64,000 nucleotides of DNA from Anaerolineae bacterium (GCA_019637555.1 JAHBVK010000033.1:1-64000), one strand, 5' to 3'; positions 38,269 through 49,325 are shown, numbered from the stretch's first letter. The notes: generated from the letters alone by a model not told the origin. Numbers and translations: made by a program.

Positions 38269-39180
38269 TTGGATATTGAGGGATTTGGTGACGACTTGTT
38301 GACGTTAAACCGCCAACGGTTCGTATGGCTATGGTGCTGGCTGGGAGTGCTGGTCGTCGGCTGTAGTGGTAGTGCCAGCACAACTGCCCTCAATTCCACT
38401 CCCACCTCGGCGACACCACTGGCAACCTTTGTGCTGCTCGGCTGGACGCTGACGCCGCCAACTCCGCTGCCTACATCTACGCCGATCCCTCGTCTACTAC
38501 GGACGCCAACGCTGCCGATGTTATCCACTGTCACACTGATGCCGACCTCGTCTGCTGCGCTCTCCGCCGCCGAAACCGAACAATTGTTACTGGCGCAGCC
38601 CACTTGTTATGAAACTGCTACGGGCAGCCTCTACTGTCTCGGTGTGGTCGAGAATACGCTGCTGCTGGCAGTGGAGCACATCATGATCCGCGTCTATCTG
38701 GTGGATGTGCAAGGATCGGCGCTGGCGCAGGGCGAAAGTGGGTTAGCGCAAATGCTGCTGCTCCCCGGAGAACGTGCCCCCTACGGCGTACTCTTTGACT
38801 CCGCACCTGCGGGGGTGATCGGAGGAGTCGCCATGCTGATCAACGCGCAGGAAGCGCAGCCACAAGATGCAGCAGAAAGTGCGATTTTCCATTTGCTAAT
38901 TCAGGATGTAACATGGAATGATTGGCAAGTGAGCGGGCTGGTCGTCAATAAATCGGGGCAGAAGCTGGAACAAGTTTGCGTGATTGTGACCTTGTACGAT
39001 AAGGCAGGAGCGGTGACCGGATTTCGCATCTGGCGCTCAGCCGATCAACAGGTTCTGGTTACAGGTGCGACGCTGCCCTTTGAGATCACCGCTATTCCGC
39101 AAGGTAATCCTGTGGCACAGTGGGAAGTGAGTGCAGAGGGATATACCGTCCGGCAGAACGCAGGTAGTGCTACACCTTAA
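38269..39180 (+). CDS. Hypothetical secreted or lipo-protein.
   Basis: N-terminal hydrophobic segment with LVVGCSG lipobox-like motif, a Thr/Pro-rich linker, then a globular domain. Confidence 0.5.
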   Translation: MDIEGFGDDLLTLNRQRFVWLWCWLGVLVVGCSGSASTTALNSTPTSATPLATFVLLGWTLTPPTPLPTSTPIPRLLRTPTLPMLSTVTLMPTSSAALSAAETEQLLLAQPTCYETATGSLYCLGVVENTLLLAVEHIMIRVYLVDVQGSALAQGESGLAQMLLLPGERAPYGVLFDSAPAGVIGGVAMLINAQEAQPQDAAESAIFHLLIQDVTWNDWQVSGLVVNKSGQKLEQVCVIVTLYDKAGAVTGFRIWRSADQQVLVTGATLPFEITAIPQGNPVAQWEVSAEGYTVRQNAGSATP

Positions 39181-39305
39181 CCCGTCTAGCGTGACTCCCA
39201 AAAATGAGGGAGATCGTCTACTGTGGTTCGTCCTACCATGATTCTTGCTGTGTGAAATCCCTAAATTGTTAGTCTCTTGCTCCACACAAAGGCAGTGCAA
39301 CAAAG

Positions 39306-40019
39306 ATGGTTGCCTTACGTGTTCCATTGCTCCTGCGTATCCTCTTTTATGTCCTGATCACCTCCGTCGCCATCGTCCTCGGTAGGGCGATATTCGGCAG
39401 CGATGTCAACGGTTACTATGCCAATCTCTATTCGGAAGGGTTAGGCGCGTTCGCCACCATTTTCATTGTCGAGCGTGTGCTGCAAGTGGAGGAGCGCCGA
39501 CGTCGGCATCGCCTCAGCAAGAAACTACATTTCCTCGCCATGCTCCGTCGTGAGGACCATCAAGCCAATGCGCAGGCATTACGGAAGTTAACGCGACTGC
39601 ATTGGCTGACTGATGGCACGCTGCACGGTGTCAACCTTAAGGGCGCGCATCTCAACGGCGCGGACTTATGTGCAGCCAATCTGCGCTGCGCCCGCTTAAG
39701 CCGCGCCAGCCTGACCTTCGCCCGCCTGCGTAACGCCGATCTCTCCGGCGCGAGGCTGCGTGAGGCAAAGCTAACGAATGCCGATCTTTCGGGTGCCCGG
39801 TTGCAGGACGCGCGGCTGTGTGGAGCAGACCTCTCTGGCGCAGACCTAACGGGTACAGATCTACGCGGCACGCTGTTTGATGTGCAGACGATCTTGCCTG
39901 ATGGCACATGCTGGCAGGCGTACACCGATCTGCGCTTGTTCACCGATCCGCACTATGGCAGCTACTGGCGCAGTGACGATCCGGTATCTCCGGCTTATGA
40001 AGTCGAAGTTGCGGGCTAA
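39306..40019 (+). CDS. Pentapeptide-repeat protein with an N-terminal TM helix.
   Basis: Long run of A(D/N)LxG pentapeptides (ADLSGARLREAKLTNADLSGARLQDARLCGADLSGADLTGTDL). Confidence 0.8.
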   Translation: MVALRVPLLLRILFYVLITSVAIVLGRAIFGSDVNGYYANLYSEGLGAFATIFIVERVLQVEERRRRHRLSKKLHFLAMLRREDHQANAQALRKLTRLHWLTDGTLHGVNLKGAHLNGADLCAANLRCARLSRASLTFARLRNADLSGARLREAKLTNADLSGARLQDARLCGADLSGADLTGTDLRGTLFDVQTILPDGTCWQAYTDLRLFTDPHYGSYWRSDDPVSPAYEVEVAG

Positions 40020-40118
40020 CAGCAGCGGCATAGCAAATCTGTACTGATGCTTATGACACCTCGCATCGGCACCGACATTGGGGAGTGTATTGGAGAGTGT
40101 AGAGGCAAGGCGAATTCC

Positions 40119-40475
40119 TCAACCCTGCGGCGGATAAATCCCCTTGCCCACTTTCTTGCTGAACGCCGCCTGATCCAACAGAAAGGCGGGGCGGTTCTCC
40201 TCCTCCCAGACATAAGCAGTACCGATCACCGCTTGGCAGGACGAGCATACCAACGGCGGCACTTTCTTCAGGTCAGCGATCTTTTGTAGTTCGCTTAATG
40301 CCGAGGGGGCGACGATGCGATCCAGATACAAGCGGAACAAGGTACCCGGACCATCTTTCTGATACAACAGTAGGTGATTACCACATTTACTGCAATAAAG
40401 GTTGAGGAAGCGGGCATAGCCGCCGCGCGTGGTGCGGTACTGATCGCGTTTGAGCGTGAACTTCTGGACTGCCAT
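40119..40475 (-). CDS. Hypothetical small protein with a possible zinc ribbon.
   Basis: CSKCGNH ... CSSCQA cysteine pairs. Intergenic placement without overlaps. Confidence 0.4.
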   Translation of the reverse strand: MAVQKFTLKRDQYRTTRGGYARFLNLYCSKCGNHLLLYQKDGPGTLFRLYLDRIVAPSALSELQKIADLKKVPPLVCSSCQAVIGTAYVWEEENRPAFLLDQAAFSKKVGKGIYPPQG

Positions 40476-40604
40476 GATCTTGCCGAACCCTGATCCCTAT
40501 GAATGAAAGAGCAACTCTACCCCTATCATATCAACTTCTTAGTCAGTATATTCAACCTATTCGACGTTGATCCCTACATACCAACACGAAATCAGGACAC
40601 AACC

Positions 40605-41933
40605 ATGTGGAGCCAACAATTTAGCGGAACCCTCAGCGAGCGTGATTGTCAGCAGCATATTCCACATCAATTCGACGTACCCGCCGGATTGACGGCTCTG
40701 ATCATTGACTACGAATACTCACCTGCCGAGATCGACGGTTTTAAGAACCTGTGCACCTTGAGCGTCTATGCTCCCGATGGTTGTCGAGGCGCGGCGCACC
40801 GTGATCCCAAGAAACAGCACATCGTAATCAGCAGCGGCGACTCGACGCCGGGGTTTACATCCGGCGCGATCACGGCGGGGCGCTGGCAGATCGACATCGA
40901 CAGCCACATGGTGCTGCCGGGTGAACCGCTGCGATACACCTTGACCATCAGCGGCAGCAGCGATCCGCAATCCGCCGCGCCCACATGGACGTCGAGTATC
41001 ACTGCACCGCGCGGCGCGGGCTGGTATCGCGGAAACCTGCACAGCCACACCTTCCACTCTGATGCCAGCATGTCGGCAACTGATCTGGTTAGGTGGGCAC
41101 GCAGCGAAAACTTCGACTTCGTGGCGTTGACCGATCACAACACGATCTCTGGCTTGGCGCAGATGGACAGCCTCGGCGCAGATGATCTACTGGTAATGGG
41201 CGGGATCGAACTCACTACGTTTTATGGACATGCGCTGGTTATGGGTGTCCGCGATTGGATCGATTGGCGTGTGCGCGCTGACCGCAACATGCTGGATATT
41301 CAGCGCGAGGCAGAAGCGCGCGGGGCAACCTTCATTATCGCCCATCCCTTCACCCCCGGCGGCAAATACTGCACGGGCTGCCACTGGGAATACAGCGAAA
41401 TGATGCCGGGTACGGCGCGATTGCTGGAAATCTGGAACTGGACGTGGGATGGCGATAGCAACAATCAGGATGCTGTGGAACTGTGGTACACATGGCTGAA
41501 TCAGGGCTATCGCATTTTTGCGACGGCAGGCAACGACATTCACGATGTCCCTACTGAACCGCTGCGTTTGGGCTTCAACGTAGTTTATGCGCAGGAGCTT
41601 TCCGAGCGCGAGATTCTGGCAGCGATCCGCAAGGGACATAATTACCTCAGCTCTGCGCCGAAGCTCAACTTTGAGGGGCGCACACTGGACGGTCAAACGA
41701 TACTGCTGGGCGAACAACTGCCAGCGGGCACGCTGAATCTCGACTGGGCGAACTGCGGGGATTCCGATCTGGGCAAGTTGATCGTCAACGGGCAGCAAGC
41801 GGCAGTCTTTGCGGCGAAATCTGCGGGCAGTCTGCACTGGACACCGCAGCCGGATTGGAAGTGGGCGGTAGTCGAAATCAGAGATGATCAGGGCAACTTG
41901 AAAGCGATCACCAACCCGATATTCATCGGCTGA
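40605..41933 (+). CDS. PHP-domain metallohydrolase (CehA/McbA-like).
   Basis: GNLHSHTFHSD ... FVALTDHN PHP motifs. AGGACA RBS before the ATG (MWSQQ). Confidence 0.7.
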   Translation: MWSQQFSGTLSERDCQQHIPHQFDVPAGLTALIIDYEYSPAEIDGFKNLCTLSVYAPDGCRGAAHRDPKKQHIVISSGDSTPGFTSGAITAGRWQIDIDSHMVLPGEPLRYTLTISGSSDPQSAAPTWTSSITAPRGAGWYRGNLHSHTFHSDASMSATDLVRWARSENFDFVALTDHNTISGLAQMDSLGADDLLVMGGIELTTFYGHALVMGVRDWIDWRVRADRNMLDIQREAEARGATFIIAHPFTPGGKYCTGCHWEYSEMMPGTARLLEIWNWTWDGDSNNQDAVELWYTWLNQGYRIFATAGNDIHDVPTEPLRLGFNVVYAQELSEREILAAIRKGHNYLSSAPKLNFEGRTLDGQTILLGEQLPAGTLNLDWANCGDSDLGKLIVNGQQAAVFAAKSAGSLHWTPQPDWKWAVVEIRDDQGNLKAITNPIFIG

Positions 41934-42040
41934 TCCAGATCGGAGATCGCAGGCGCTGATTGCTTGCTTATGCCCTCCCCTAGTCACTATAATCAGCCGT
42001 TCAAAATTACTTACTTTAGGTATGGGGCTGGAAGAGTGCG

Positions 42041-43027
42041 ATGCAATCCCTGAGACGATATTCGCTCCAACTCACGGCAATATGGCTACTGATGGGGATT
42101 GCTTTCTTCGCCACCACAGCACATGCGGATGGCAGAGGCAGCGGGCTGAAAATCGGCTTTTCACAGGTGGGCACGGAAAGCGATTGGCGCACCGCTTTCA
42201 CCGAGAACATCCTGCAAGAGGCTCAAGAACGCGGCATCCAACTGCTTTTCTCCGATGCCGAAAACAATCAGGAAAACCAGATTACCGCGCTGCGCTCGTT
42301 CATCGATCAGCACGTCGATGCGATCATCCTCGCACCGGTGATCGAAACGGGCTGGGATCAGATTCTGCGGCAGGTGCAAGCGGCTGGTATCCCCGTAGTG
42401 ATCATTGACCGCAACGTCACGGCTGACGAATCCCTCTACCTCACCCGCGTTTCCTCCGATTTTGTACGTGAAGGCAGATTGGCAGCGGCGTGGCTGGCAC
42501 AGGCGACGGCGGGTGTTTGCAAGATCGTGGAGTTAGAAGGCACGGTAGGTTCCAGCGCGGCAAGAGATCGGCAAATCGGCTTCAATGAAGTGATCGCGCT
42601 GTTTCCCGGAATGCAGATTATCGTCTCGCAACCGGGCGATTTTATGCGCGCTAATGGCAAGAAGGTGATGGAAGGGATTCTCAAGACCGAAGACCCTAAC
42701 GAAATTTGTGCGATTTGGTCGCATAATGATGATATGGCGCTGGGTGCGATTCAGGCGATCAAGGAAGCAGGACTGCGTCCCGGCAAAGATATTCTGATCG
42801 TTTCCGTCGATGCCATCCCCGATATTTTTAAGGCGATGCTGGACGGCGATACCAACGCCACTGTAGAACTCAGCACTAAGATGGGTGCTCCTGCCTTCGA
42901 TGCCATTGTTGATCACTTGGAAGGCAAAGAAGTGCCGAAGTGGATACGCATCACGGGAGGTATCTTCTTCCCCGAAACGGCGGCGCAAGAATATGAGAAA
43001 CGCAAGCGCCAGTCAGATAGTCAATAG
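42041..43027 (+). CDS. Sugar ABC transporter substrate-binding protein (periplasmic binding protein type I; YtfQ/RbsB-like).
   Basis: Signal peptide. GFSQVGTESDWRTAF and HNDDMALGA motifs of the monosaccharide PBP family. Confidence 0.8.
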   Translation: MQSLRRYSLQLTAIWLLMGIAFFATTAHADGRGSGLKIGFSQVGTESDWRTAFTENILQEAQERGIQLLFSDAENNQENQITALRSFIDQHVDAIILAPVIETGWDQILRQVQAAGIPVVIIDRNVTADESLYLTRVSSDFVREGRLAAAWLAQATAGVCKIVELEGTVGSSAARDRQIGFNEVIALFPGMQIIVSQPGDFMRANGKKVMEGILKTEDPNEICAIWSHNDDMALGAIQAIKEAGLRPGKDILIVSVDAIPDIFKAMLDGDTNATVELSTKMGAPAFDAIVDHLEGKEVPKWIRITGGIFFPETAAQEYEKRKRQSDSQ

Positions 43028-43046
43028 CTGCTAACAAGGAAGCCCC

Positions 43047-44072
43047 ATGACTAGCTCCGGTAAAACCCGTCCGACGATGCTGGATGTCGCAGAACTCTCC
43101 GGCGTCTCCTATCAGACTGTCTCGCGGGTCATCAACAACCATCCTTATGTCTCCGATGAGGCGCGGCGGCGCGTGCAGGAGGCAATCGACACGCTCGGCT
43201 ACCGTCCCAGTAAAGCAGCCCGTAACCTCGCCGCTAAATCGACCAAGACCATCGCTATTGTACTGTACGGTAGCTGGTTTCACGGTCCGGTGGAGATCGC
43301 GCTGAACGTGGAGATGGCGGCAAAGACCAGCGGTTACGATGTGATCATCTCCAACGTTACCGAGACACGGCAGCAAGTAACCGAGGCGCTGCATCACGTC
43401 AAAGATTGGGATGTCGATGGCATCATCATGATCGTGCCTGCGCAGGGACTTTCACAGGACGAAGTTCACGCCATCAGTGGCACTCTGCCCATCGTGCAGA
43501 TCGACTCGCAGCACACGGCGGATTATCCGACGGTGACGCTGGACGAAGCAGCCGGAACCAGACAAATCGTTGAACACTTGCTGTCGCTCGGTCATCGCCG
43601 CTTCTGCGAGATTAGCGGACCGCTGGACTGGTTCAGTGCACAGGTTCGGCATCAGACCTGCGCGGATGTGCTGCGAGCGCATGGGGCAGAACTGGTACAG
43701 CATATCGAAAGCAACTGGTCAACACCGGGCGGCTATCAGGCGACGCGGCGGTTACTGAATGCCAATCTCGACTTCACTGCTATCGTCGCCGCCAACGATA
43801 ATATGGCGCTCGGTGCGCTGCGTGCGCTTTACCAAGCTGGAATCAGCGTACCGGGACAGGTCTCTGTGGTTGGCTACGACGACATCGCCGAAGCCGCCTA
43901 CTTCACCCCACCGATGACCACCATCCGCCACAATTTCATCCAGCTTGGCGCGGTGGGCTTCGAGTATCTCCTGCAACTGATCGACGATCCGCGCACGCCA
44001 TCGGAGCGCCGCGTGGTCACACCGACCTTTGTGCTGCGCGAGAGTACCGCACCCGTTACCGCCAAGCGCTGA
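43047..44072 (+). CDS. LacI family transcriptional regulator.
   Basis: N-terminal HTH MLDVAELSGVSYQTVSRVIN, plus a PBP-type effector domain. Confidence 0.85.
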   Translation: MTSSGKTRPTMLDVAELSGVSYQTVSRVINNHPYVSDEARRRVQEAIDTLGYRPSKAARNLAAKSTKTIAIVLYGSWFHGPVEIALNVEMAAKTSGYDVIISNVTETRQQVTEALHHVKDWDVDGIIMIVPAQGLSQDEVHAISGTLPIVQIDSQHTADYPTVTLDEAAGTRQIVEHLLSLGHRRFCEISGPLDWFSAQVRHQTCADVLRAHGAELVQHIESNWSTPGGYQATRRLLNANLDFTAIVAANDNMALGALRALYQAGISVPGQVSVVGYDDIAEAAYFTPPMTTIRHNFIQLGAVGFEYLLQLIDDPRTPSERRVVTPTFVLRESTAPVTAKR

Positions 44073-44376
44073 TTCTTTAATTTTCCCCGCTGATCCCCTC
44101 AACCTCAAAGGCAATTCATGCATTCAAAATCGAATTACTTGACTCCGCTGCACATCTGCCCTAAAGTATATATGTGAGCGTTCACACATTCACAATAACC
44201 TATAGCGTGAGTGGGCTGCTCCATAGAATTTCTTTTTTTGTGCCTCGCTTGACCTCTCTTGTTTGTATAGAGGCGAGTCGGGGTGAAAAGTGAAAGGAGG
44301 GCGCGGGAAACGATCTTACCTCTGGTCAGGTTCGTTCTTTTCGTTTCGTCATCCATTGTTCAAGAGAGAAACCAAA

Positions 44377-45333
44377 ATGCGTTTTGTTAAACTCAGTCTA
44401 GCGATCCTCCTGTTGGTCGCCTTCGCCGCGATCAAATCCCCGGTTTCCGCGCAGGGCGGCAAGGGCTTGACCATCGGCTTCTCGCAGGTCGGTTCCGAAA
44501 GCGCATGGCGCACCGCCTTCACCAACGCCACCAAAGCCGAAGCGGAAGCACGCGGCATCAACTTGCTGTTCTCCGATGGTCAGCAGAAGCAAGAAAACCA
44601 GATCGCCGCGCTGCGCTCGTTCATCGCGCAGGGTGTTGATGCGATCATCCTCGCCCCTGTCGTTGAGACTGGTTGGGACGAAGTGCTGCAGGAAGCCAAA
44701 GATAACGAAATTCCCGTCGTCATCGTTGACCGCAACGTGAGCGCCGATCCTTCGCTGTATGTCACCCGCGTTTCCTCCGACTTCGTGCATGAAGGTCGTC
44801 TGGCAGCGGCGTGGTTGGTGCAGGCGACGGCTGGCAAGTGCAACATCGTTGAGCTTCAGGGCACGGTTGGCTCTAGCGCCGCCTTGGATCGTCAGAAGGG
44901 CTTCAACGAAGTAATCGCGCTGTTCTCCGAAATGAAGATCGTGCTTTCGCAGTCCGGTGACTTCACCCGCACGGGCGGCAAGGAAGTCATGGAGAGCTTC
45001 CTCAAGTCGATGGATCCGAAAGAGATCTGCGCGGTGTGGGCACACAACGACGACATGCTGATCGGCGCGATTCAGGCGATGAAGGAAGCCGGTATTGATC
45101 CCGGTCAGGACATCAAGACGATCTCCGTCGATGCGATCCCCGACATTTTCAAGGCGATGATGGATGGCGACGCCAACGCGACAGTCGAACTCAGCCCCAA
45201 CATGGGTGGTCCAGCGTTCGATGCGGTGGTGGCTTATCTGGCGGGCGAGACACTGCCCAAGTGGATTCCGGTGGCGGGTGGAATTTACTTCCCCGATACC
45301 GCTGCTGAGGAATATGCCAAGCGGAGCAAGTAA
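44377..45333 (+). CDS. Sugar ABC transporter substrate-binding protein, close paralog of 42041-43027.
   Basis: Roughly two-thirds identical by eye to the upstream SBP (GFSQVGSESAWRTAF ... HNDDMLIGA). Start at MRFVKLS. Confidence 0.8.
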   Translation: MRFVKLSLAILLLVAFAAIKSPVSAQGGKGLTIGFSQVGSESAWRTAFTNATKAEAEARGINLLFSDGQQKQENQIAALRSFIAQGVDAIILAPVVETGWDEVLQEAKDNEIPVVIVDRNVSADPSLYVTRVSSDFVHEGRLAAAWLVQATAGKCNIVELQGTVGSSAALDRQKGFNEVIALFSEMKIVLSQSGDFTRTGGKEVMESFLKSMDPKEICAVWAHNDDMLIGAIQAMKEAGIDPGQDIKTISVDAIPDIFKAMMDGDANATVELSPNMGGPAFDAVVAYLAGETLPKWIPVAGGIYFPDTAAEEYAKRSK

Positions 45334-45549
45334 CTCTGAAGCAGAGTCACTTGCCCCTAGGTTTGCCAACTCTCGTCGTAGGCTGAACTGGCACTCAATC
45401 GTCCTCTTGCCTGCCACAGCAATCGGTTGAGCAGCAGTTCACCTCCACTCCGGGAGCCGCAGAAGTCATTATATACCAGAAACGGTGCTGACTTTCTGCG
45501 GCTCTCTGACCAATAAATCGGCACCAATAAGCATAGAAAATTCTGACTT

Positions 45550-47082
45550 ATGACCAACGCAACCCCGCCCGCGACTCCGTCTCAGACTCCGCTGCTGCGA
45601 ACCATCGGGTTGAGCAAAAGTTTCGGCAACGTGCAGGCGCTGTCCTCAGTGGATTTTAATCTCTATGGTGGCGAAGTTCATGCGCTGCTGGGCGAGAACG
45701 GCGCAGGTAAATCCACCCTGATCAAATTGATCACCGGAGTCTACTCTAAAGATGCGGGACAAATCCTTTTGGAAGGTAAAGAGATCGAAGCGCGCAGCCC
45801 GCATCAGGCGCAAGAGATCGGGATCAGCACGGTATATCAGGAGATTAATCTCGTCCCTACCATGTCCGTCGCGGAGAACATTTTCTTGGGTCGTCAGCCG
45901 ATGCGCTTCGGCATGGTCAACATGGGGGCGACTAACCGCGCGGCAAAAGCACTGCTCGGCAAATACAACATCAACATCGATGTGACGCGCACGCTATCCA
46001 CCTATTCCGTTGCTATTCAGCAGCTAGTGGCAATAGCCCGCGCCGTCGATATGTCGGTCAAAGTGCTAATCCTTGATGAACCGACGGCAAGCCTTGACCG
46101 CAACGAGATCAATTTGCTGTTCGATGTCGTTCGTTCCCTGAAAGCGCAGGGCGTGGGCATTATCCTGATCACCCATTTTCTGGATCAGGTCTACGAAATC
46201 AGTGATCGCATCACCGTACTGCGAAACGGCAAAAAGATCAGCGAACATCTGACCGTCGAACTGCCCAAAGTCAAGCTGATCTCCGAGATGCTCGGTCATG
46301 AACTGCTCTCGGAATTGGAAGGCAGTACCGGACGCAGTGGGGAAGCAGAACCAGCACGGGACGTTTATCTGCGCGTCAACAAGCTGGCGCGTAAGGGCAT
46401 GTTAGCCCCCCTCGATCTGGAAGTCCGCAAAGGCGAGATCGTGGGCTTGGCAGGCTTGCTCGGCTCTGGACGCACGGAGACAGTGCAGCTTATTTTCGGC
46501 ATTCACAAGCGCGATCATGGCGACATTTACGTCCAAGATCAACGCATTGATATCAACACGCCGCGGCAGGCGATCCGGCATGGTTTCGCGCTCTGCCCCG
46601 AAGATCGTAAGACCGAAGGGATCATCGGTGAGTTATCGGTGCGCGAGAATATCATTCTGGCGTTGCAAGCCAAGCAAGGCTGGCTGCGTACCTTGCCGCG
46701 CAAAAAGCAGCTTGAACTGGCGAACGAGATGATCGAGGCACTGCGCATCGTCACGCCGGATGCGCAGAAAGCGGTGCGCGATCTCTCCGGCGGCAACCAG
46801 CAAAAAGTGATCCTTGCCCGCTGGCTGGTTTCGCAGCCCGAACTGCTGATCCTCGATGAACCGACGCGCGGCATCGATGTGGGCGCACATGCCGAGATCA
46901 TCGCCATCATCAAGCGGCTGTGCAAGCAAGGTATGGCGCTGCTGGTGATCTCCTCGGAGTTGGCGGAAGTGGTCGATTACAGTGATCGCGTGGCGGTGCT
47001 GCGAGATCGCCAGAAAGTGACTGAACTCGTCGGTGGTGAGATCAACGAGAACTCGATCATGCAGGCGATTGCCGAGCAGTAG
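45550..47082 (+). CDS. Sugar ABC transporter ATP-binding protein with duplicated ABC domains (RbsA/YtfR-like).
   Basis: Two Walker A/signature sets (GENGAGKST ... LSGGNQQK). Confidence 0.85.
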   Translation: MTNATPPATPSQTPLLRTIGLSKSFGNVQALSSVDFNLYGGEVHALLGENGAGKSTLIKLITGVYSKDAGQILLEGKEIEARSPHQAQEIGISTVYQEINLVPTMSVAENIFLGRQPMRFGMVNMGATNRAAKALLGKYNINIDVTRTLSTYSVAIQQLVAIARAVDMSVKVLILDEPTASLDRNEINLLFDVVRSLKAQGVGIILITHFLDQVYEISDRITVLRNGKKISEHLTVELPKVKLISEMLGHELLSELEGSTGRSGEAEPARDVYLRVNKLARKGMLAPLDLEVRKGEIVGLAGLLGSGRTETVQLIFGIHKRDHGDIYVQDQRIDINTPRQAIRHGFALCPEDRKTEGIIGELSVRENIILALQAKQGWLRTLPRKKQLELANEMIEALRIVTPDAQKAVRDLSGGNQQKVILARWLVSQPELLILDEPTRGIDVGAHAEIIAIIKRLCKQGMALLVISSELAEVVDYSDRVAVLRDRQKVTELVGGEINENSIMQAIAEQ

Positions 47083-47126
47083 AGAAGTCGCGCTGAATTT
47101 GGATCAAACCCGAGGCTAAAGCCACC

Positions 47127-47192
47127 GGGCTTAATGTGATCCAAATGACGCTGGTAACTTATCACATTAAGCCCGGTGCTTTAGCGCCGGGA
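47127..47192 (+). terminator. Stem-loop elements after the ABC ATPase gene.
   Basis: 14-bp stem gggcttaatgtgat/atcacattaagccc, then cccggtgctttagcgccggg. The 20-nt motif agcccggtgctttagcgccggg recurs at 58909-58930. Confidence 0.4.
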
Positions 47193-47235
47193 AAAATATA
47201 GAAGAATCATCTAATAATGCGCGAAATAGGTACTT

Positions 47236-48291
47236 ATGACAGTTCCATCGACAAGTGATGAGCAGAAAGCGATCTCGCCGCTGCAGCGATTGCAAAAGTA
47301 CACAGGCAAAGCGATCTGGCCCCTGCTGGCGCTGGTCGTTGTGCTCATCGTCAATCGGCTGGTCGCGCCGGACTTCTTCTCGGTGCAGCTGCTGCAAGGA
47401 CGCGTCTACGGCAGCCTGATCGATATTCTGAATCGCGGTGCGCCTGTGGCATTGCTCTCCATCGGCATGACGCTGGTGATCGCCACCAAAGGGATTGATC
47501 TCTCGGTGGGCGCGGTGATCGCGATCTCCGGTGCAGTGGCGGCAGTACTTATATCCACTACCGATCTCTCGCCCTTCGTAGTCATCTTGCTGAGCATTGG
47601 CGCGGGCGTGCTGTGCGGATTGTGGAACGGTATCCTCGTCGCCTTCTTCGACATCCAGCCGATCATCGCCACCTTGATCCTGATGGTGGCGGGGCGCGGT
47701 ATCGCTCAGATGATTACGCAGGGACAGATCGCCATCTTCAACGATGAAACGATTGCCTTCATGGGTACGGGCTTGGTACTCGGCATCCCCTTCCCGATCT
47801 ATTTGATGGTTGCGATGCTGATCCTCATTTACTTGCTAGTGCGGCGGACGGCGCTCGGACTGTTCATCGAGTCGGTGGGTGCCAATGACCGCGCCAGCCA
47901 CTATGCCGGAGTCAACGCCGCACTGATCAAGCTGCTGGCATATGTGATCTCCGGCATTTGCGCGGCGCTGGCAGGCTTGATCCTGACCGGTGACATCAAA
48001 GGTGCGGACGCTAACAACTCCGGTTTGTGGCTGGAGCTTGACGCGATTTTAGCGGTGGTCTTGGGTGGTACAGCACTGACGGGCGGACGCTTCTCGCTCG
48101 TCCTCAGTGTGATCGGGGCGCTGATCATTCAGAGCGTGGAGACGGGCATCTTACTCAGCGGTCTGCCGCCGACCTTCAATCTAGTGGTCAAAGCGATTGT
48201 GATCCTATTCGTGCTGCTGCTGCAATCGGAGGCGTTCAGGAGGATGATCAGCGTGGGTGTACTCAGGCTCAGAACAGGGAGGGCAGCATGA
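47236..48291 (+). CDS. Sugar ABC transporter permease (YtfT/RbsC-like).
   Basis: Ten-TM branched-chain or monosaccharide-type permease profile. Confidence 0.8.
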   Translation: MTVPSTSDEQKAISPLQRLQKYTGKAIWPLLALVVVLIVNRLVAPDFFSVQLLQGRVYGSLIDILNRGAPVALLSIGMTLVIATKGIDLSVGAVIAISGAVAAVLISTTDLSPFVVILLSIGAGVLCGLWNGILVAFFDIQPIIATLILMVAGRGIAQMITQGQIAIFNDETIAFMGTGLVLGIPFPIYLMVAMLILIYLLVRRTALGLFIESVGANDRASHYAGVNAALIKLLAYVISGICAALAGLILTGDIKGADANNSGLWLELDAILAVVLGGTALTGGRFSLVLSVIGALIIQSVETGILLSGLPPTFNLVVKAIVILFVLLLQSEAFRRMISVGVLRLRTGRAA

Positions 48292-49325
48292 GATCGCGGA
48301 TGTTCCCTCTACTGGTCACTTTTCTTGTATTCATTGCGCTTTATCTGATCGGCTGGCAGCGCTTTCCGGCGTTCGGCACGACGAAAGTCGCTGCTAACTT
48401 TCTGACGGATAAGGCATTCTTAGGAATTGCTGCTGTTGGTATGACCTTCGTGATCATCTCCGGCGGGATCGACCTCTCCGTTGGCTCAGTCGTCGCCTTC
48501 ACGGGCGTGTTCTGTGCCCTGATGATCGAGAATTCGGGTTTTCATCCGCTGGTCATCTTCGCGCTGATCCTGCTGATCGGGGCGTTGTTCGGCGCTACCA
48601 TGGGCGCGGCGATACACTACCTCAAGATTCCGCCGTTCATCGTCACCTTAGCGGGTATGTTCTTAGCCCGCGGGGCGTCGTTCGTGCTTTCTAAAGCCTC
48701 TATCCCGATCACCCACACCTTCTATGAGGATATTTCCAATCTCTATATCCGCTTCCCGGACAAAGGACGCCTCACTACCGTTGGTATCTTGTTCCTGATC
48801 GTATTCGTTGTCGGGATCATGCTCGCCCATTTCACCCGCTTCGGACGCAACGTCTACGCCATCGGCGGCGATCACACCTCGGCGCTGCTGCTCGGCGTGC
48901 CCGTCGCTCGCACCACTATCGGGGTGTATATGTTGAGCAGCATTTTAGCTACGCTGGCAGGCATCGTCTATTCCCTGTATACGCGCTCTGGCTATCCGCT
49001 TGCCGCCGTCGGCTTAGAAACGGATGCGATTGCGGCGGTGGTAGTTGGCGGCACGCTGCTGACCGGAGGCGTCGGCTACGTGGCGGGAACGTTCATCGGT
49101 GTGCTGATTCAAGGCGTGATCCAGACCTACATCACCTTTGATGGCACGCTCAACAGTTGGTGGACGAAGATCGTCATCGGCGTGCTGCTGTTCGTGTTCA
49201 TCGCCTTGCAGAAAATCCTGACCAGCCGCAACAGCCTGTCGAAATTTCTGGATCGTCTGATGACGCGATCATCGGCGTCAGTGGTAGGGCGAACACCGGA
49301 GCCAGCCACAGTTGATGTAGAATAA
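48288..49325 (+). CDS. Sugar ABC transporter permease (YjfF-like second permease).
   Basis: Overlaps the upstream permease by 4 nt. Paralogous fold. Confidence 0.8.
   Translation: MRSRMFPLLVTFLVFIALYLIGWQRFPAFGTTKVAANFLTDKAFLGIAAVGMTFVIISGGIDLSVGSVVAFTGVFCALMIENSGFHPLVIFALILLIGALFGATMGAAIHYLKIPPFIVTLAGMFLARGASFVLSKASIPITHTFYEDISNLYIRFPDKGRLTTVGILFLIVFVVGIMLAHFTRFGRNVYAIGGDHTSALLLGVPVARTTIGVYMLSSILATLAGIVYSLYTRSGYPLAAVGLETDAIAAVVVGGTLLTGGVGYVAGTFIGVLIQGVIQTYITFDGTLNSWWTKIVIGVLLFVFIALQKILTSRNSLSKFLDRLMTRSSASVVGRTPEPATVDVE

Noticed and set aside
37943-38603. 146-aa and 154-aa minus-strand ORFs
   Set aside because: They lie in the divergent promoter region between the giant gene and the 38269 + gene, and they overlap that gene's start. 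The region is low-complexity and AT-rich, with no motifs.
41187-41987. 266-aa minus-strand ORF
   Set aside because: Antisense to the PHP-domain hydrolase gene, whose metal-binding motifs confirm the + strand.
44398-45417. 339-aa minus-strand ORF (and 42533-42988 similarly)
   Set aside because: Antisense to the substrate-binding protein genes, which have clear PBP motifs.
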